Shown here one piece after another: positions 13,801 to 25,297 of a stretch of DNA of 64,000 nt. Position 1 is the stretch's first letter. Each line of letters begins with the position of its first letter. The stretch comes from Phoronis australis (Eukaryota; Animalia; Phoronida): the NCBI GenBank assembly GCA_002633005.1, contig NMRA01000399.1, positions 26,481 through 90,480 on the forward strand, in the 5' to 3' direction. Under the pieces are notes generated by a model, which did not search any database, was not told the origin of the DNA, and saw only the letters and a program-made list of their open reading frames with translations. Made by a program: the position numbers and the translations under genes.

Positions 13801-16446
13801 TGTTTTGGGAGGCAAGAGTTTCTCGCCAATTTCTTTTCATTATAGTCTGACTTTGAGAGCTGTCGAGTCAGTCATTGTTCTACCTCGTTTGTGATAAGTT
13901 TGGTCGTCGTTTGCTTTTGTTTACAAGTCAGTCAACATGCCACGCTGTTGCTGCGTGCCGGGATGTACTCATTATCGTCTCACACGCGCTTTGGGTACCT
14001 TACGTCGCTTTCCGAAGGATGACACACTTCGCAGTACTTGGCTAGCTCGTTCATGTGAAGAACACAGCGCTACCCGTTCACGCAACGTACAAAGCGATGG
14101 AGGGTTACCGAGTGTGTGGCAAGCATTTCCTGCTGTAAGATTATGACAGATATGTAGGTCCCTGCGAAACATCGCCTGAAGAAGGGTACCATACAATCGC
14201 TGTTGATTCCCCGGCAGTACTTCCCCGGCAGTACTTCCCCGTCGCCAACCCCAGGAAGTGCGTTTTTGAAGCGAGAAGCCTCGCGAGCTGTGGCCACTTT
14301 ATAGTGACTGGAGGCACTTCATCTACTGTCACCCGTGCCTCCGAACATACCCCATTGCGTGCAATTCCGGGAACTAGCAGTGATTCCCCCTGTGCTGTTG
14401 TCTGTAGCCAAGAGCCTGTAAGCAGCCCTGCAGCAATGTTGAGTAGTGGGAGTGAATACAGGCCCAGTTTGACACCCAGTGAAGACGACAGTTCATCATC
14501 CAGTGAACAGATCGGTGAGCCTAAGTTTGATAAGTTTATTGTGGACTTATGTATTGGAGCTATTTGGAAGGTGCCAGGTGTGTGGCGAGGGAGTCATACG
14601 GCGGGATGTAAGCAGTTTGGGTGCTCAGATCACCCTCCAGTGGGAGTGTGACGCGGGACACTCGGGCAAGTGGGACAGTTTTTCCTCAGCACGTGAGACG
14701 ATAATGAGTACACCCCAGTACGCAGCAACAGCGTGGCATGTTGACTGACTCATAAGCAAAAGCATACGACGACCGAACTTATCACAACCGAGGTAGAACA
14801 ATGACTGACTCAACTGCTCTCACAGTCAGACTATATGAAAACAAATTGGCGCGAAATTCTTGCCTCCCAAAACGTCACTTCCTGAGTAGATGTCGAGTAA
14901 TTAATTAAATTACGATAAGCAGTAACTAAGTGAAAAATATGTTTGGGATAATCAACGAACCTTATTTTTGCTAAAACTGACATGAAAAAAGGTTGCCTTC
15001 GTCTTTAATGTCAAGGTCGCGAATGTGTGAACTTGGAATACACTAGGAAACTTATAAATTTCACTCAAATAATCACATTGATGTTGATAAAAATTTGCAC
15101 AATACTACAGCAAATTATATACTGGGGAACCCAATGTTCGTCCGCCTAAGCATAAAACCGACTTGCTGTTGTACTCACCGAATTATTCCACTTCAAAGTT
15201 ATGATCTGAATAGGATTCGATTTAACTCTCACAGATATACCGCATTCATCGANCCTTCGGTCACAGCCAGCTGGCTGGCTTTCAGTTCACTTTGTTTTGA
15301 TTATGCCTAGTTGACCCAGACTGACCCAGCCAGCACTGTTCTACTGTAGACTGGACCGTCATGTGGCGCCATCTATCGTTCTTTATTGTAGTTGATTGTA
15401 TGCTCTCTATTTGATTTCGTCGCTAGTCACATGAACGTTATCGTGTTTGCCAAACTACCATTTTAGATAGAGTTTTGAACGGGCTTTCAGATGATAATTT
15501 CCATTTTGCGCTACGACGTCTACTTTTTGAATTATTCGAGATTTTCGGATACCGTTGTTCCTTCGATCACGTATGCACTCAGCTGGCTGGCTTTCAGTTC
15601 ACTTTGTTTTGGTTATGTCTGCACAAGTTAACAGAGAGTTGTGACCCCGACTGACCCAGGTAGCACTGTCGTACTGTAGACTGGAATTCCAGGCGAAATA
15701 CTATTGTAAACATAACTTTGCTCTGCAGACTGTCACATAGTGCCACCTATTTTGGATTGCGGGAACAAAGCATGGTTCGTCCGTCATGTTGCGCTATCTA
15801 TTGTTCTTTATTGTAGTTCATTATAGGCTCTCTATTTGATTTCTTCGCTAGTCACATGAATGTTACCGTGTTATTCATTATTGTCGCCTTGATCGTCATG
15901 ATTGTCGTTGTCCTCCCCATTGTCGTCTTTCGATTAATTCCGCCAAGTGTCGCTCCTCCGAGCGCTCTCGTTTATCTCTTGATTACTTGGCCAAATTAGA
16001 TAGAAACAAAACCTACGTCAACGATGTAAATATGGAGTAGCTTAAAAGTTGTCAAATGTTTCCAAAAACGAGTTTTGTGGCGAAAATGAGCCCACAGGCA
16101 CAGCAAACTGACACTTACTGACTTACTAGACAGTTTTAGGGGGAGCCCAAGGGTTAGCGAGGGCCTAGTGAGGTATGAGACATTTTTGTGTATTTTTGGA
16201 ATGATAATAACCTGAGGAATCGAACAACAGGTCAACCAAAATCTTCTGAGTAGGTCAATGTCGTCATCGTCATGTTGTGTACGTACATTGAATATTGAAT
16301 AGTTCACGCCATCTTGGGACGGGTCGAGAATCGAGATTAATCAGGATTTCAAGTTCACACACTGCATAAAAATGGCCCGGTAAGCTGGCATGATAATCCA
16401 TTCAATCAAGGGTAACATTTCTACGAACCTCTCGCACATTTGCCAT
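1825..16446 (-). CDS. CACYBP: Calcyclin-binding protein / Siah-interacting protein, 6 coding exons, 231 aa
   Basis: Exons (minus strand): 16429-16446 MANVRE; 9808-10030 (or duplicate 12548-12770) [12 protein letters not shown]...TYTVNVENY; 7021-7117 (or 11746-11842) [13 protein letters not shown]; 5781-5880 [14 protein letters not shown]; 2558-2655 [12 protein letters not shown]; 1825-1984 [35 protein letters not shown] (SGS domain). All introns are GT-AG with consistent phases, total 696 nt. Exon 1 is the least certain. Confidence 0.93.
2950..3339 (-). mobile_element. Penelope-like retroelement fragment, GIY-YIG endonuclease region (degenerate)
   Basis: Frameshifted ORFs [10 protein letters not shown]...[14 protein letters not shown] and [22 protein letters not shown]...[18 protein letters not shown] match the Penelope CxxC/GIY-YIG layout. 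Confidence 0.8.
3340..5295. mobile_element. Non-autonomous hAT-type DNA transposon
   Basis: Imperfect TIRs CAGGGACTCATCTA / TAGATAAATCCCTG and a perfect 8-bp TSD TCTCACAG at 3332-3339 and 5296-5303. No transposase ORF. Confidence 0.85.
5296..5715 (-). mobile_element. Penelope-like retroelement fragment, RT C-terminal/linker region
   Basis: Translates as KLSIIYSQG...ICTDDEDF...STRFVERGY...[17 protein letters not shown]. It is contiguous with the GIY-YIG fragment once the hAT insertion is removed. Confidence 0.7.
6427..6560. repeat. Minisatellite, about 45-bp unit x3 (also 11139-11285)
   Basis: Unit GACACATCACGACAAGCTCAATCATCGAGCTTCATACAGAACAATA. Confidence 0.85.
7233..9216. mobile_element. 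Non-autonomous TIR transposon with AT TSD (ISL2EU/PHIS-like)
   Basis: Perfect 14-bp TIRs AGCGGAGTTGCAAC / GTTGCAACTCCGCT with AT on both sides. The empty site ACAGA-AT-TGCACA is visible in the duplicate copy at 11951-11963. Confidence 0.85.
10051..10157. repeat. Minisatellite, 25-bp unit x4 (also 12791-12920)
   Basis: Unit AGATCAGAGGAGTGAGGTTCAYAGA at 10061, 10086, 10111 and 10136. Confidence 0.9.
10158..10499. mobile_element. Isolated right TIR of the Kolobok-like element
   Basis: Near-identical to 14674-15004 and followed by TTAA. The rest of the element is missing in this copy. Confidence 0.8.
11746..12770 (-). CDS. CACYBP: Second copy of CACYBP exons 2 (12548-12770) and 3 (11746-11842)
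   Basis: Near-identical to 9808-10030 and 7021-7117 with intact splice sites and a few substitutions (PSANSS to PLANSP; WDQSDK to WDQSGK). The block is bounded by single Ns at 11134 and 15253, so it is probably the alternative haplotype. Confidence 0.8.
13322..13485. repeat. Minisatellite, 23-bp unit x7
   Basis: Unit CATTGACACACACAGYCACTAAA. Confidence 0.9.
13671..15004 (+). mobile_element. Kolobok-like DNA transposon derivative with THAP-domain pseudo-ORF
   Basis: TTAA TSD at 13667-13670 and 15005-15008, AG...CT termini and about 320-bp imperfect TIRs. Disrupted THAP domain ([26 protein letters not shown], from 13937) and a downstream [11 protein letters not shown]...[13 protein letters not shown] Zn motif. 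Confidence 0.8.
15254..16175 (+). mobile_element. Interspersed repeat related to 44845-45700, with internal duplicated units
   Basis: Internal repeats CAGCTGGCTGGCTTTCAGTTCACTTTGTTTTG (15269, 15580) and GCGCCATCTAT..GCTAGTCACATGAA (15366, 15791), plus homology to 45484-45700. Confidence 0.5.
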
Positions 16447-16987
16447 TATCTCAGGACTAAATGCGCTCCACACTGCTCAATGATCAAACACTAGTACAGT
16501 AAGCAGGTAAACCCTCCTTTCGTTTGAGCTTCCCGAAACTTCCACATGTGTTTCAAAGAAATAAAGGAGTTCTGTTTTAGTATAGATTCGTATTTTTCAA
16601 ATAAAGATATTTTTGTCTCAAGGAGCTAAAGATGATAATTTTAAATACAAGTTCAAAATGCAGACTTCACATATTTTCGAAAATGATCAATTTGGAAAAA
16701 ACATACAGTTCAAGAAAGGATCTTTTTCGAACACTTTGGTCTATTAACCTGCGCACTCAAGATCTACGCATGGAGGAAGCGGATGTTGTTCACTGATGGC
16801 ACATGTCTCATGTGCAAAGATCCGACGTTGGAAGATGTTCGTTAATACTCTAGTTCTCGCAAGTATTTTCCCGGCTCTAACTCTTATTGAATGAACAACG
16901 AGGATCGGAAATTTTCCATTGAAATCTCTGGCCTGAGTGCTAGAAACGTGTTTCGTGCGATATTACTTTCCGTTACGCTGCTACATC
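16447..16987. promoter_or_regulatory. Putative bidirectional promoter CACYBP/SURF6
   Basis: Only 541 bp separates the divergent ATGs. The interval is locally CpG-enriched and contains CGGAA/GGAAG ETS-like motifs. Confidence 0.6.
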
Positions 16988-19900
16988 ATGTCTCAGTCGC
17001 GGAATTTGCGCGAGTCGATAATGCTCGACAATGACTTTTTCAAGAGCGTCATAGACACTATACCTGCAATGCAATATTTTGACAGTGATACAAAAGAGAA
17101 GATAAAGCAGAAAAGAAACAAGCACATGGATGAGAAAGTACAAGGTATCGTGTCAGTTATAGTTCGCAGAAGTTTGTTAAATCATACGTCGGATATAGCG
17201 GTCCCTGCCAGTTTCATCCACTGAATAAATTGGCCTAGGTCAGGACCAATTGCCATGCAATAGCATTAGACAGCAGTCCCCACTTCAGAATTTAGTGAAC
17301 GTACGTTGTGGGTTAGGCAATGACCATTGCCTCTGTTGGCCCGACCAGAGGCGATGCAGCTCCTGTAGGCACTCCATACGCCGGAAGCTTTTCGGCGAAT
17401 TATGCCTCACACCGACTAAAACATCAAAGTCACGTTGTTATAAATACCTTTTGCACATAGAGGAACACCTTGGGAGGTTGTCGATGTGTTTAATTCCTTC
17501 CAACTCGAACAAATACTCCTGTTATCAAACTTCTTCTTCGAGCAGTCCGTATTTCAGTTCCCAAAACCGTGAACTCACCATTTTCACTCGACGCACGCCA
17601 AGAGATAGGACCTCATTCATTTAACCAGGCCGAAGGTCAGAAGTTGCGGTCCTACCGGCGGACTTTGAAAGCTGAAGTCCCCGCACTCTGCGTACATGCT
17701 GTCGGGAACCTGCCGTGCATTTGCCGTGTTGTTAAACATTAAAATGTCAAATATTTGCATAAATACTATTAAATGTTGTATCAGCAACATTTATTTTTAT
17801 CAAATACAAACAATAATTCATTGAAATATAATCAGTTTCAAGTATTGCCAATTAAAGACAAGTAGTGGTGGCATTTTGGAAACGAACATTTGACTGACAA
17901 GACCGCAGTGGCTGACCTTTGACCTATTTAAAGATTGAGGCCAGGCATGGTCCACTGCATTATCAAATCGTAGCATCAGTGGTTAAGGTCCTCAATCCCT
18001 CGATGTTGGGGCTGAATATCGTATACTCATTCCCTTCTGAAAAATAGTGAAAAGTCAAGTGATTGAAAATTCCCCTCCAGATTTGAATCACTTGTAACTC
18101 TTACAGTTGACAACTTGAAAGAGCACAATGGCTACAGAGCCTGTGAGCTGGGCCTGCAACAGGATGGGAGTCGTATTGATGGTTATCGGGTAATAGAATT
18201 TTCCCCTCACCTTGAAATATTACCCTCTCAGAAGGCATAGACACCTTTCCTGTTGGATGTATGAGGGCCCTGGTGGTATATATAGACTTTCCATTCAACG
18301 ACACCCGCATATAGTGGAATTTTCNAAAATAAAGGGCTAATTATCGCTCTTCAAACGTTCATAAAAAGTCAACGGCTCAACGGAATTTGTTAATTTTTTT
18401 TGTTTGAATCTGTTTTGCATGTTTTTTAAATCAATGCATTTTTAAATATTAAATAAGAATTTGAATTTTTTTGTCACGTCCCTACTATAGGCACTCCATA
18501 CGCCAGAAGCCTTTCGGCGAATTATGCCTCACACCGACTAAAACATCAAAGTCACATTGTTATAAATGCCTTTTGCGCATAGAGGAACACCTTGGGAGGT
18601 TGTCGATGTGTTTAATTCCTTCCAACTCGAACAAATACTCCCGTTATCAAACTTCTTCGAGCAGTCCGTATTTCAGTTCCCAAAACCGTGAACTCGCCAT
18701 TTTCACTCGACGCACGCCAAGAGATAGGCCCTCATTCATTTAACCAGGCCGAAGGTCAGAAGTTGCGGTCCTACCGGCGGACTTTGAAAGCTGAAGTCCC
18801 CGCCCTCTGCGTACATGCTGCCGGGAACCTGCCGTGCATTTGCCGTGTTGTTAAACATTAAAATGTCGAAATATTTACATAAATACTATTAAATGTTGTA
18901 TCAGCAGCATTTATTTTTATCAAATACAAACAATAATTCATTAAAATACAATCAGTTTCAAGTATTGCCAATTAAAGACAAGTAGTGGTGGCATTTTGGA
19001 AACGAACATTTAACTGACAAGACCGAAGTGGCTGACCTTTGACCTATTTAAAGATTGAGGCCAGGCATGGTCCACTGCATTATCAAATCGTAGCATCAGT
19101 GGTTAAGGTCCTCAATCCCTCGATGTTGGGGCCAAATATCGTATACTCATTCCCTTCTGAAAAATAGTGAAAAATCAAGTGATTGAAAATTCCCCTCGAG
19201 ATTTGAATCACTTGTAACTCTTACAGATGACAACTTGAAAGAGCACAATGGCTACAGAGCCTGTGAGCTGGGCCTACAACAGGATGGGAGTCGTATTGAT
19301 GGTTATCGGGTAGTAGAATTTTCCCCTCACCTTGAAATATTACCCTCTCAGAAGGCATAGACACCTTTCCTGTTGGATGTATGAGGGCCCTGGTGGTAGA
19401 TATAGACTTTCCATTCAACGACAACCGCATATAGTGGAATTTTCCCATCAGTGACCCTCACCGTCTTGCTTTAGGAGAGTCATGACCCCCATCAGCCCAC
19501 TGAGCTCCTGTGTTCATCTTTGAGTCATAGTTACAAGTAGAAAATTCATCTGTCCAGTGTTGGTGTTGAACATGGGTTGCCAACGTATGAGTTTAGCATC
19601 CAAACTGATTGTATAGAGAATAACTGACCATTAGGAAGGATTTGAATTTAGGTGCATCACAACAGCGCGCAAACTCACCATGATAACTTTTCTTCTTCTG
19701 TTGTGTTAAACTTGCTTAGTTCGTCTACATTGTATCTGAAAGAAAGGAAGTTCATTGGCCATGCATTGAATCGCTTACCTGTTAAGTGTTGCATAGTGTC
19801 AATGACCACATAGGAAAAATCCCATCGCTTCTATTTGAAGTTGTTGTTTGCACAGCGACACTGTTACATGACCGCCACCACTGCAACAGATACGTAAAGG

Positions 19901-22900
19901 TACAACACTTCACACCAGAATTTCAAAAATGACCAGTTTCAGTTGTCCGGATCTAACATGCAGGACATTGTCAAGAGAAAGAATAATTATCTATTATTGG
20001 TTGACCCCGTGTTTTTTGGAAATTTATGCAGATTTGGGTTTCATGTGGACGCATGAAGTTGGGCAGGGTGCTCAACTGAAATTGTGGGTGGAAGCATAGT
20101 ACTTTTCTGGCAGAAGACTTGGATCTCTGATTATAACAAAGTGAATGAAAGATGGCCTGTTTTCATAAAATTTGGTTAGCTCCCAGCCTCCCAAAGGACC
20201 AACGGTATCTGTGAATATGTAATACGTGTCAGTTTTAACCATATTGCCAAAACAAGTACTGGTCAGTAGTAGATGCAGTGTTCTCCATGACCTGTTTTGA
20301 CTCGACACGGTAACAAGTTTGGATTTTGCCGCGTCGAGTTTGGGGAAAGTGCTTCGAGTTTGGGGAAAGTGCTTCGAGTTTGGGGAAAGTATGTCACGTT
20401 TAAAAATTGCGGCGCCAGGTTTAAACCTTTGGCTGGCTTGGTGCTTCAGCCCTCAGCATCTAATCAAGAGTCTGATTTTAACATACTTCACTTCACTAAG
20501 AGGCAGTTGATAGTACCGTATTCGCCGTAATAAGGCGCCCGGGGCGCTTAGTAAAATTTCGTTTCAAGGGTCAGGCGCTTATTGAATATTTTTACCGAAG
20601 GAGGTTGAAACCCGGTCTCTAAAACGCGAGAAATCGAAGCTAGGATTCATCAAATTTGCGCTACGTGATGTATCTGTAGCTTATGACAGACTTTCTACAA
20701 AACTGTGGCGCATTGCTTTCAAATTTCTTTGTTAAATTACGATCACTTTACATAAAATTCTCCTGAAATCCCACGGCGAAAACTCACCGATGCGCCGCTG
20801 CCTCACGATCGTCAACAGGACAGCTTGAGTAAAAATATAGTTTCGACTCAACAAATTGCCTGAAATCCTCACTTAAGTTTTCCAAATTGCGTCCCTAAGA
20901 TTTTAAGTTCCTATGAATGCATTAAATAAGTGATTAATAAGGCAATCCCTCTTAAAAATAACGCTACAGTTTTTATGGTGTTAGAAACTTTCTGAAATTA
21001 GTGCCAATGTTTATTTCTTGCCAATATGCTATCCGTGTAGTTTCGTGGATAGTTCCCCAAGACTAATGTCTGCGATGACAAGTGACAGCTATGTAGCACG
21101 CGCTTCCTGGCTGCATGCTTTTAACAACAAGTTTTTTATTCGTGAGACAGTCGTCAGCTGAATGGGCACCTCGAACAATTCGCGATTTTCATGTGTAGGC
21201 CCTACAAAGTGTCAAAAAGTAGGTCACACGTGACTAGTTCAGTGTACATTTTTTGACACGTATATAAGTACCTCCGGTGGAGATGTTAAGGCTAGACGGT
21301 GTTGACTACTGATACTGAACTCTAGAAATTTGTGTAGAGTTTGGAATTGGTATTGTGGAGAACACTGAGATAGGGAACATAGGGAAAGGATATCTCTGAC
21401 CCAAACAAAGGTTACGACAATCTACTGTTCACAATCGCATTGCGCTCTTTGTCATGTAACCCAACTCCAACTGTGTGGTAACAACACACTTCTTTCATTA
21501 ACAAATTTCCCTCTTCACCCTTTGAGTTCTTATGCTGTCAACAGTCATATTTTTTAATTTATGTTTTTGCATTATTGCAGAGATTGAGAAAGGACGCCAG
21601 ACAAGCTTGGATTGGTCTGACAAAGCCAAGCTGAAACGGGCCCGTTTTGATCCAAAGGAGAACGCTACAGTGTCGCAAGTACAGAGCCAACTCGAGTCAG
21701 AAAGAGGTTTGTAGGTCAAGGGTCAACCATGTCTCATAAGAGCTGCTCAGTTGTGGTAGTACTATTTCATAAAATTCTGTAAGGTCACAAGGCTCGGCAC
21801 TGGCAGCTGTAAATACAGCGAGAAGTCACAAGGCTCAGCACTGGCAGATGTACATACAGTGAGAGGTCACAAAGCTCGGCACTGGCAGCTGTAAATACAG
21901 TGAGAGGTCGTTATCATGAAGTGGCGTTGTAACTAGGAATGGTGCAAGGAGCTGTCAATCAATGTCTGACTTCACTCCTGTAAAACAAATTCAATTCTTG
22001 ACAACACAATCTTCAAAGCCTTTTCGTGTGCCTAATTGTGGAGCTTAGGCGCATTGCCCATACCTGAAATAAACGAGTGGGAAAATCTTTCGAAAAAACG
22101 CATTATTTTTGGTATGGGTGCATGCGTTTACATGCAGGGTTTTGCGGGAGTTGTTTTTGTTTAAACTAAAATGATTCTCATGACAAAATCCATTTACAGT
22201 GAAGTTATATTTGAAAGTTAAATCTTGACCATAACAATATTTATCAGAACTTATCAAACTTCGCATTCTTGTCATCAGAAATGAATGATATGGAAATTAA
22301 CATACCCGACCATGATCACTGTGCCAGTAAATGTATGTCGCACTTAAGTCATCAAAATGACCACATGTAAGTCCTCACTCGGACAAGTTGTCGCTTTTTT
22401 CGGGTCTCGTACGTGATGAGTTAAGGAAGTTCACTTGTACATTCAGTATTGGCTATACGTTATTTGATGTTCAAATCATTACGTCTTTAATATGTATCAG
22501 AATATCGTATAAAATGTCAAAATTCTGTTTTCCATCATTACTGGTTGTAGGCAATCCTGACTTGTCATTTGACTGTTTGGTTGAATTGCACTTACTGCAC
22601 TGTAAGGAGAATCTGGGTCATGTCTGGGGGGGGTACTCCGTCATTTTGTTGGGGGGTACTCCGTCATTTTGTCTGTTTATTTTAGAAGTATATATTTTAT
22701 TTTATTTTAATTATTTAAACTTCTTTAAAAGACTGGGTGACCACTTCAGTGAGTACACTTATTTTCAAATGGGTCCAGTTGGAAATAGAGGAAGTACAAT
22801 ACAGAGAGCTATGTACACTTAGATTGAAAAGATTAGTATATAAAATGAAATACTAGTTAATGTGTACAATCAGATGAATAAATAAGTAAAATAATGATGA

Positions 22901-25297
22901 GCTGAGGCCTACAGTCCCAAACTGCGCACCAAGTCCCAGTATTTCTGTTTGAAGACGTGGACATTGGGCTCATTCGTGACAGCAGTCTCCAGCCCGTTGT
23001 AAGCGACAGCACCTCTGTAGGCAAAGTTCTTTTGAAAGTATAGTGATGTGTCTGAACATCATGTATATTGCACAACGACACTTAATGTCATGGATCTGAA
23101 ATTTGTTTTCTGTTGTTTAAAGTGCTGTGGGATGGGAAGTCTGTAGTCAGTTTGTGTCTGCATAACACATGCGTTGCAAATGTTAATACAGATTCACATG
23201 CAGACATGTGGGCTTGTTTATAATTAAGTGTCCTCTAGAATTTATAAAACTTAAAGATTTAGTGTTTTCCGAATTCTAATTGTCATTTACTTGTTTTTTT
23301 TTTACAGAGGAAGAAGAACCCGTCCAAAAGAAGCAGAAGAAGAAGAAGGCAAAGCGTCAAATGCAAAATAAACAAAGTGGTGAAAACGATGACTTTGATG
23401 AATTAAAAAGTTCCACTAGCAGTCTTGAAGACTTAAGGCAGAAATTGCAGGCAAAGATCAGTAGTCTACAAGGTACTGTAAACCTTCATTTAATTACCAT
23501 CCTGCGCAATGTACACATAGTTGGCTCACTGCAAAATTAATTAGAAAATGAAATTTTGTTTCATTAAACAAATTTCTTGTTAAAAACGAACACTGAGGGT
23601 ATCACCTTTCATCCCTGTCATAATGGTTTCTACCACTCAGCTGTGATGAAACAATAAGTTAATATGATTATTGATGCGCAACTTGGTTCTCCATGTTAAG
23701 AAATTGAAAGGACGGTAAATTTTGTCTTTCTATTGGTGCAGTAGTTTGAGAATTGTCGTAGACACTGATCGGTCCCCCAGGTGTGATTTCATTGTTGTGT
23801 GACCTGCTTCTTAAAACTAAGGATGTTGTTTGACCTTTGGATAACATCAAGTTAGATAAGATTTGATAGAAAATTCATTTCACAAAAGCCTTGTTTTCAT
23901 TCGAGCGCCTTCATTGGGACTTAGTAAAACTTCCCCTGGAAATTGAATGACATCTGTTCTCAAATCATTTGTGATTTGACATTTTTGCGTTTAATGATTT
24001 TTGTGATATCTGTCGTCGAAATGTAGCTGTATTTTTTCTATTCCTATTGGTTAATTCATTTTACTATGTATGACCAGCTTCTCACAATTCAATGTGGGAT
24101 TTTGATGGATGTGATGTATCTGTCACAGACGAATCGAGGGGGGACATCAAAGGGTCCGTCCCCCTCTTTTTCCCTTGGTTTTAGCAATATCAAATCTAGA
24201 ATTTTGAAATTATGGACTTGGACCCCCTTTTCAAAAGAATCCTTGAGCTGTCTCCCCTTTTAAAAAATTTTGGATCCGCCCCTGTCTATCCAGCTGTAAA
24301 AAAATCAGTCATCAACGTTGTGCTTGGCTTCTTCATTGTGACCAGTGTGCTCTTTTAGAAAAATGCCTCTCTACAAGATTTGCTGGTGAAGTTTCACCCG
24401 AGTTGAGTTGTATAGACCACAAGACATTGTTTTGCACTCATGGTGAAAAGTATTCCCACAATGCAACACTCCAGTCTCGCTGACTGATCACTTCAGAGTT
24501 CACCACTTTGCTAGCCTGTATGGCATGAAGAATTATGGGATTGTTAGGGAATTATGGGATTGTTAGGGAATTATGGGATTGTTAGGGAATTGTGGGTAGT
24601 AATCAAGGTGGCTGCCCCTTCACCCAAACAAGTACAGAATTCCAAATTTGTGTTGTTTTTTTCAGCCAAGAGGAAGAATTTCTCAACTTACGATAAGATG
24701 CAACGTCTCAAGATGAAGCGGCAAGAAAGCAAAATGAAGCGAAGACTGAAGCTGAAGTCGCAGAAAAATAACGAACACAAACAGACTACCACAGACGGTG
24801 GCTCTAAAGTAGTCAAACCTTCAATGACCAATAGTAAGCCTGTGTATAACAAGGAGGGGAAAATGGTGTTTAGCAAATTTGATTTCACTGACATCGGTGA
24901 CGGCGACAAGAAAAGCAAGAAAGAGAAGAGTAAAGACTTCAAGAGGTTGTTGCAAAAGGCGGAACAGCAGCGGGATCAGGTGAGGAGTTTAGAAAACACA
25001 GATTTGAACAAGGCAAAAAACCTGGAAGAGAGACAGAAGTGGGATAAGGTGATAAAGAAAGCTGAGGGGTTCAAAGTTCGGGATGACCCGCAGTTGTTGA
25101 AGAAGGCGATTAAGCGAAAGGAGAAGATAAAGCAGAAATCGGCGAATATGTGGGAGGAAAGGACAAAAAAAACGGATGAACGTGTAAAAGCGAGGCAAGA
25201 GAAGAGACAAAAGAATATTAAACGTAAAAAAGAGTCGACGATTAAGAAGAAGGTGAACAAGGCAAAGAAAAAGGGGCGAGTTATCCCAGGCTTCTAA
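16988..25297 (+). CDS. SURF6: Surfeit locus protein 6 / Rrp14-like nucleolar protein, 4 coding exons
   Basis: Exons 16988-17144 (FFKSVIDTIPAMQYF), 21581-21706 (KLKRARFDP), 23308-23472 (LEDLRQKLQAKISSLQ) and 24666-25297 (VYNKEGKMVFSKFDF...GFKVRDDPQLLKKAIKRKEKIKQKSANMWEER...KKKGRVIPGF*). All three introns are phase 1, GT-AG. The basic C-terminal domain is typical of SURF6. Confidence 0.92.
17366..19444. repeat. About 960-bp tandem duplicate (17366-18324 vs 18488-19444)
   Basis: Near-identical copies separated by an N at 18325. Confidence 0.9.
20335..20390. repeat. Minisatellite, 20-bp unit x3
   Basis: Unit CGAGTTTGGGGAAAGTGCTT. Confidence 0.85.
20516..21240 (+). mobile_element. Truncated Tc1/mariner-pogo-like non-autonomous element
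   Basis: Starts TA|CCGTATTCGCCGTAATAAGGCGCCC. The body is similar to about 7780-8010 and 8450-8680, and a matching right TIR occurs at about 9036-9062. Confidence 0.55.
21782..21909. repeat. Minisatellite, about 41-bp unit x3
   Basis: Unit GGTCACAAGGCTCGGCACTGGCAGCTGTAAATACAGTGAGA. Confidence 0.85.
24125..24284. mobile_element. Short G/C-run MITE fragment
   Basis: Ends in GGATCCGCCCCTG with a degenerate left end CAGACGAATCGAGGGGGG. A related terminus CAGTGGCGGATCTAGG occurs at 63897. Confidence 0.45.
24530..24596. repeat. Minisatellite, about 19-bp unit x3
   Basis: Unit GAATTATGGGATTGTTAGG. Confidence 0.85.

Larger units (their letters stand above)
6460..15252. repeat. Large tandem segmental duplicate (about 6460-10747 vs 11139-15252)
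   Basis: High identity with scattered SNPs and two large indels. Junctions are at single Ns (11134, 15253). Confidence 0.9.
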
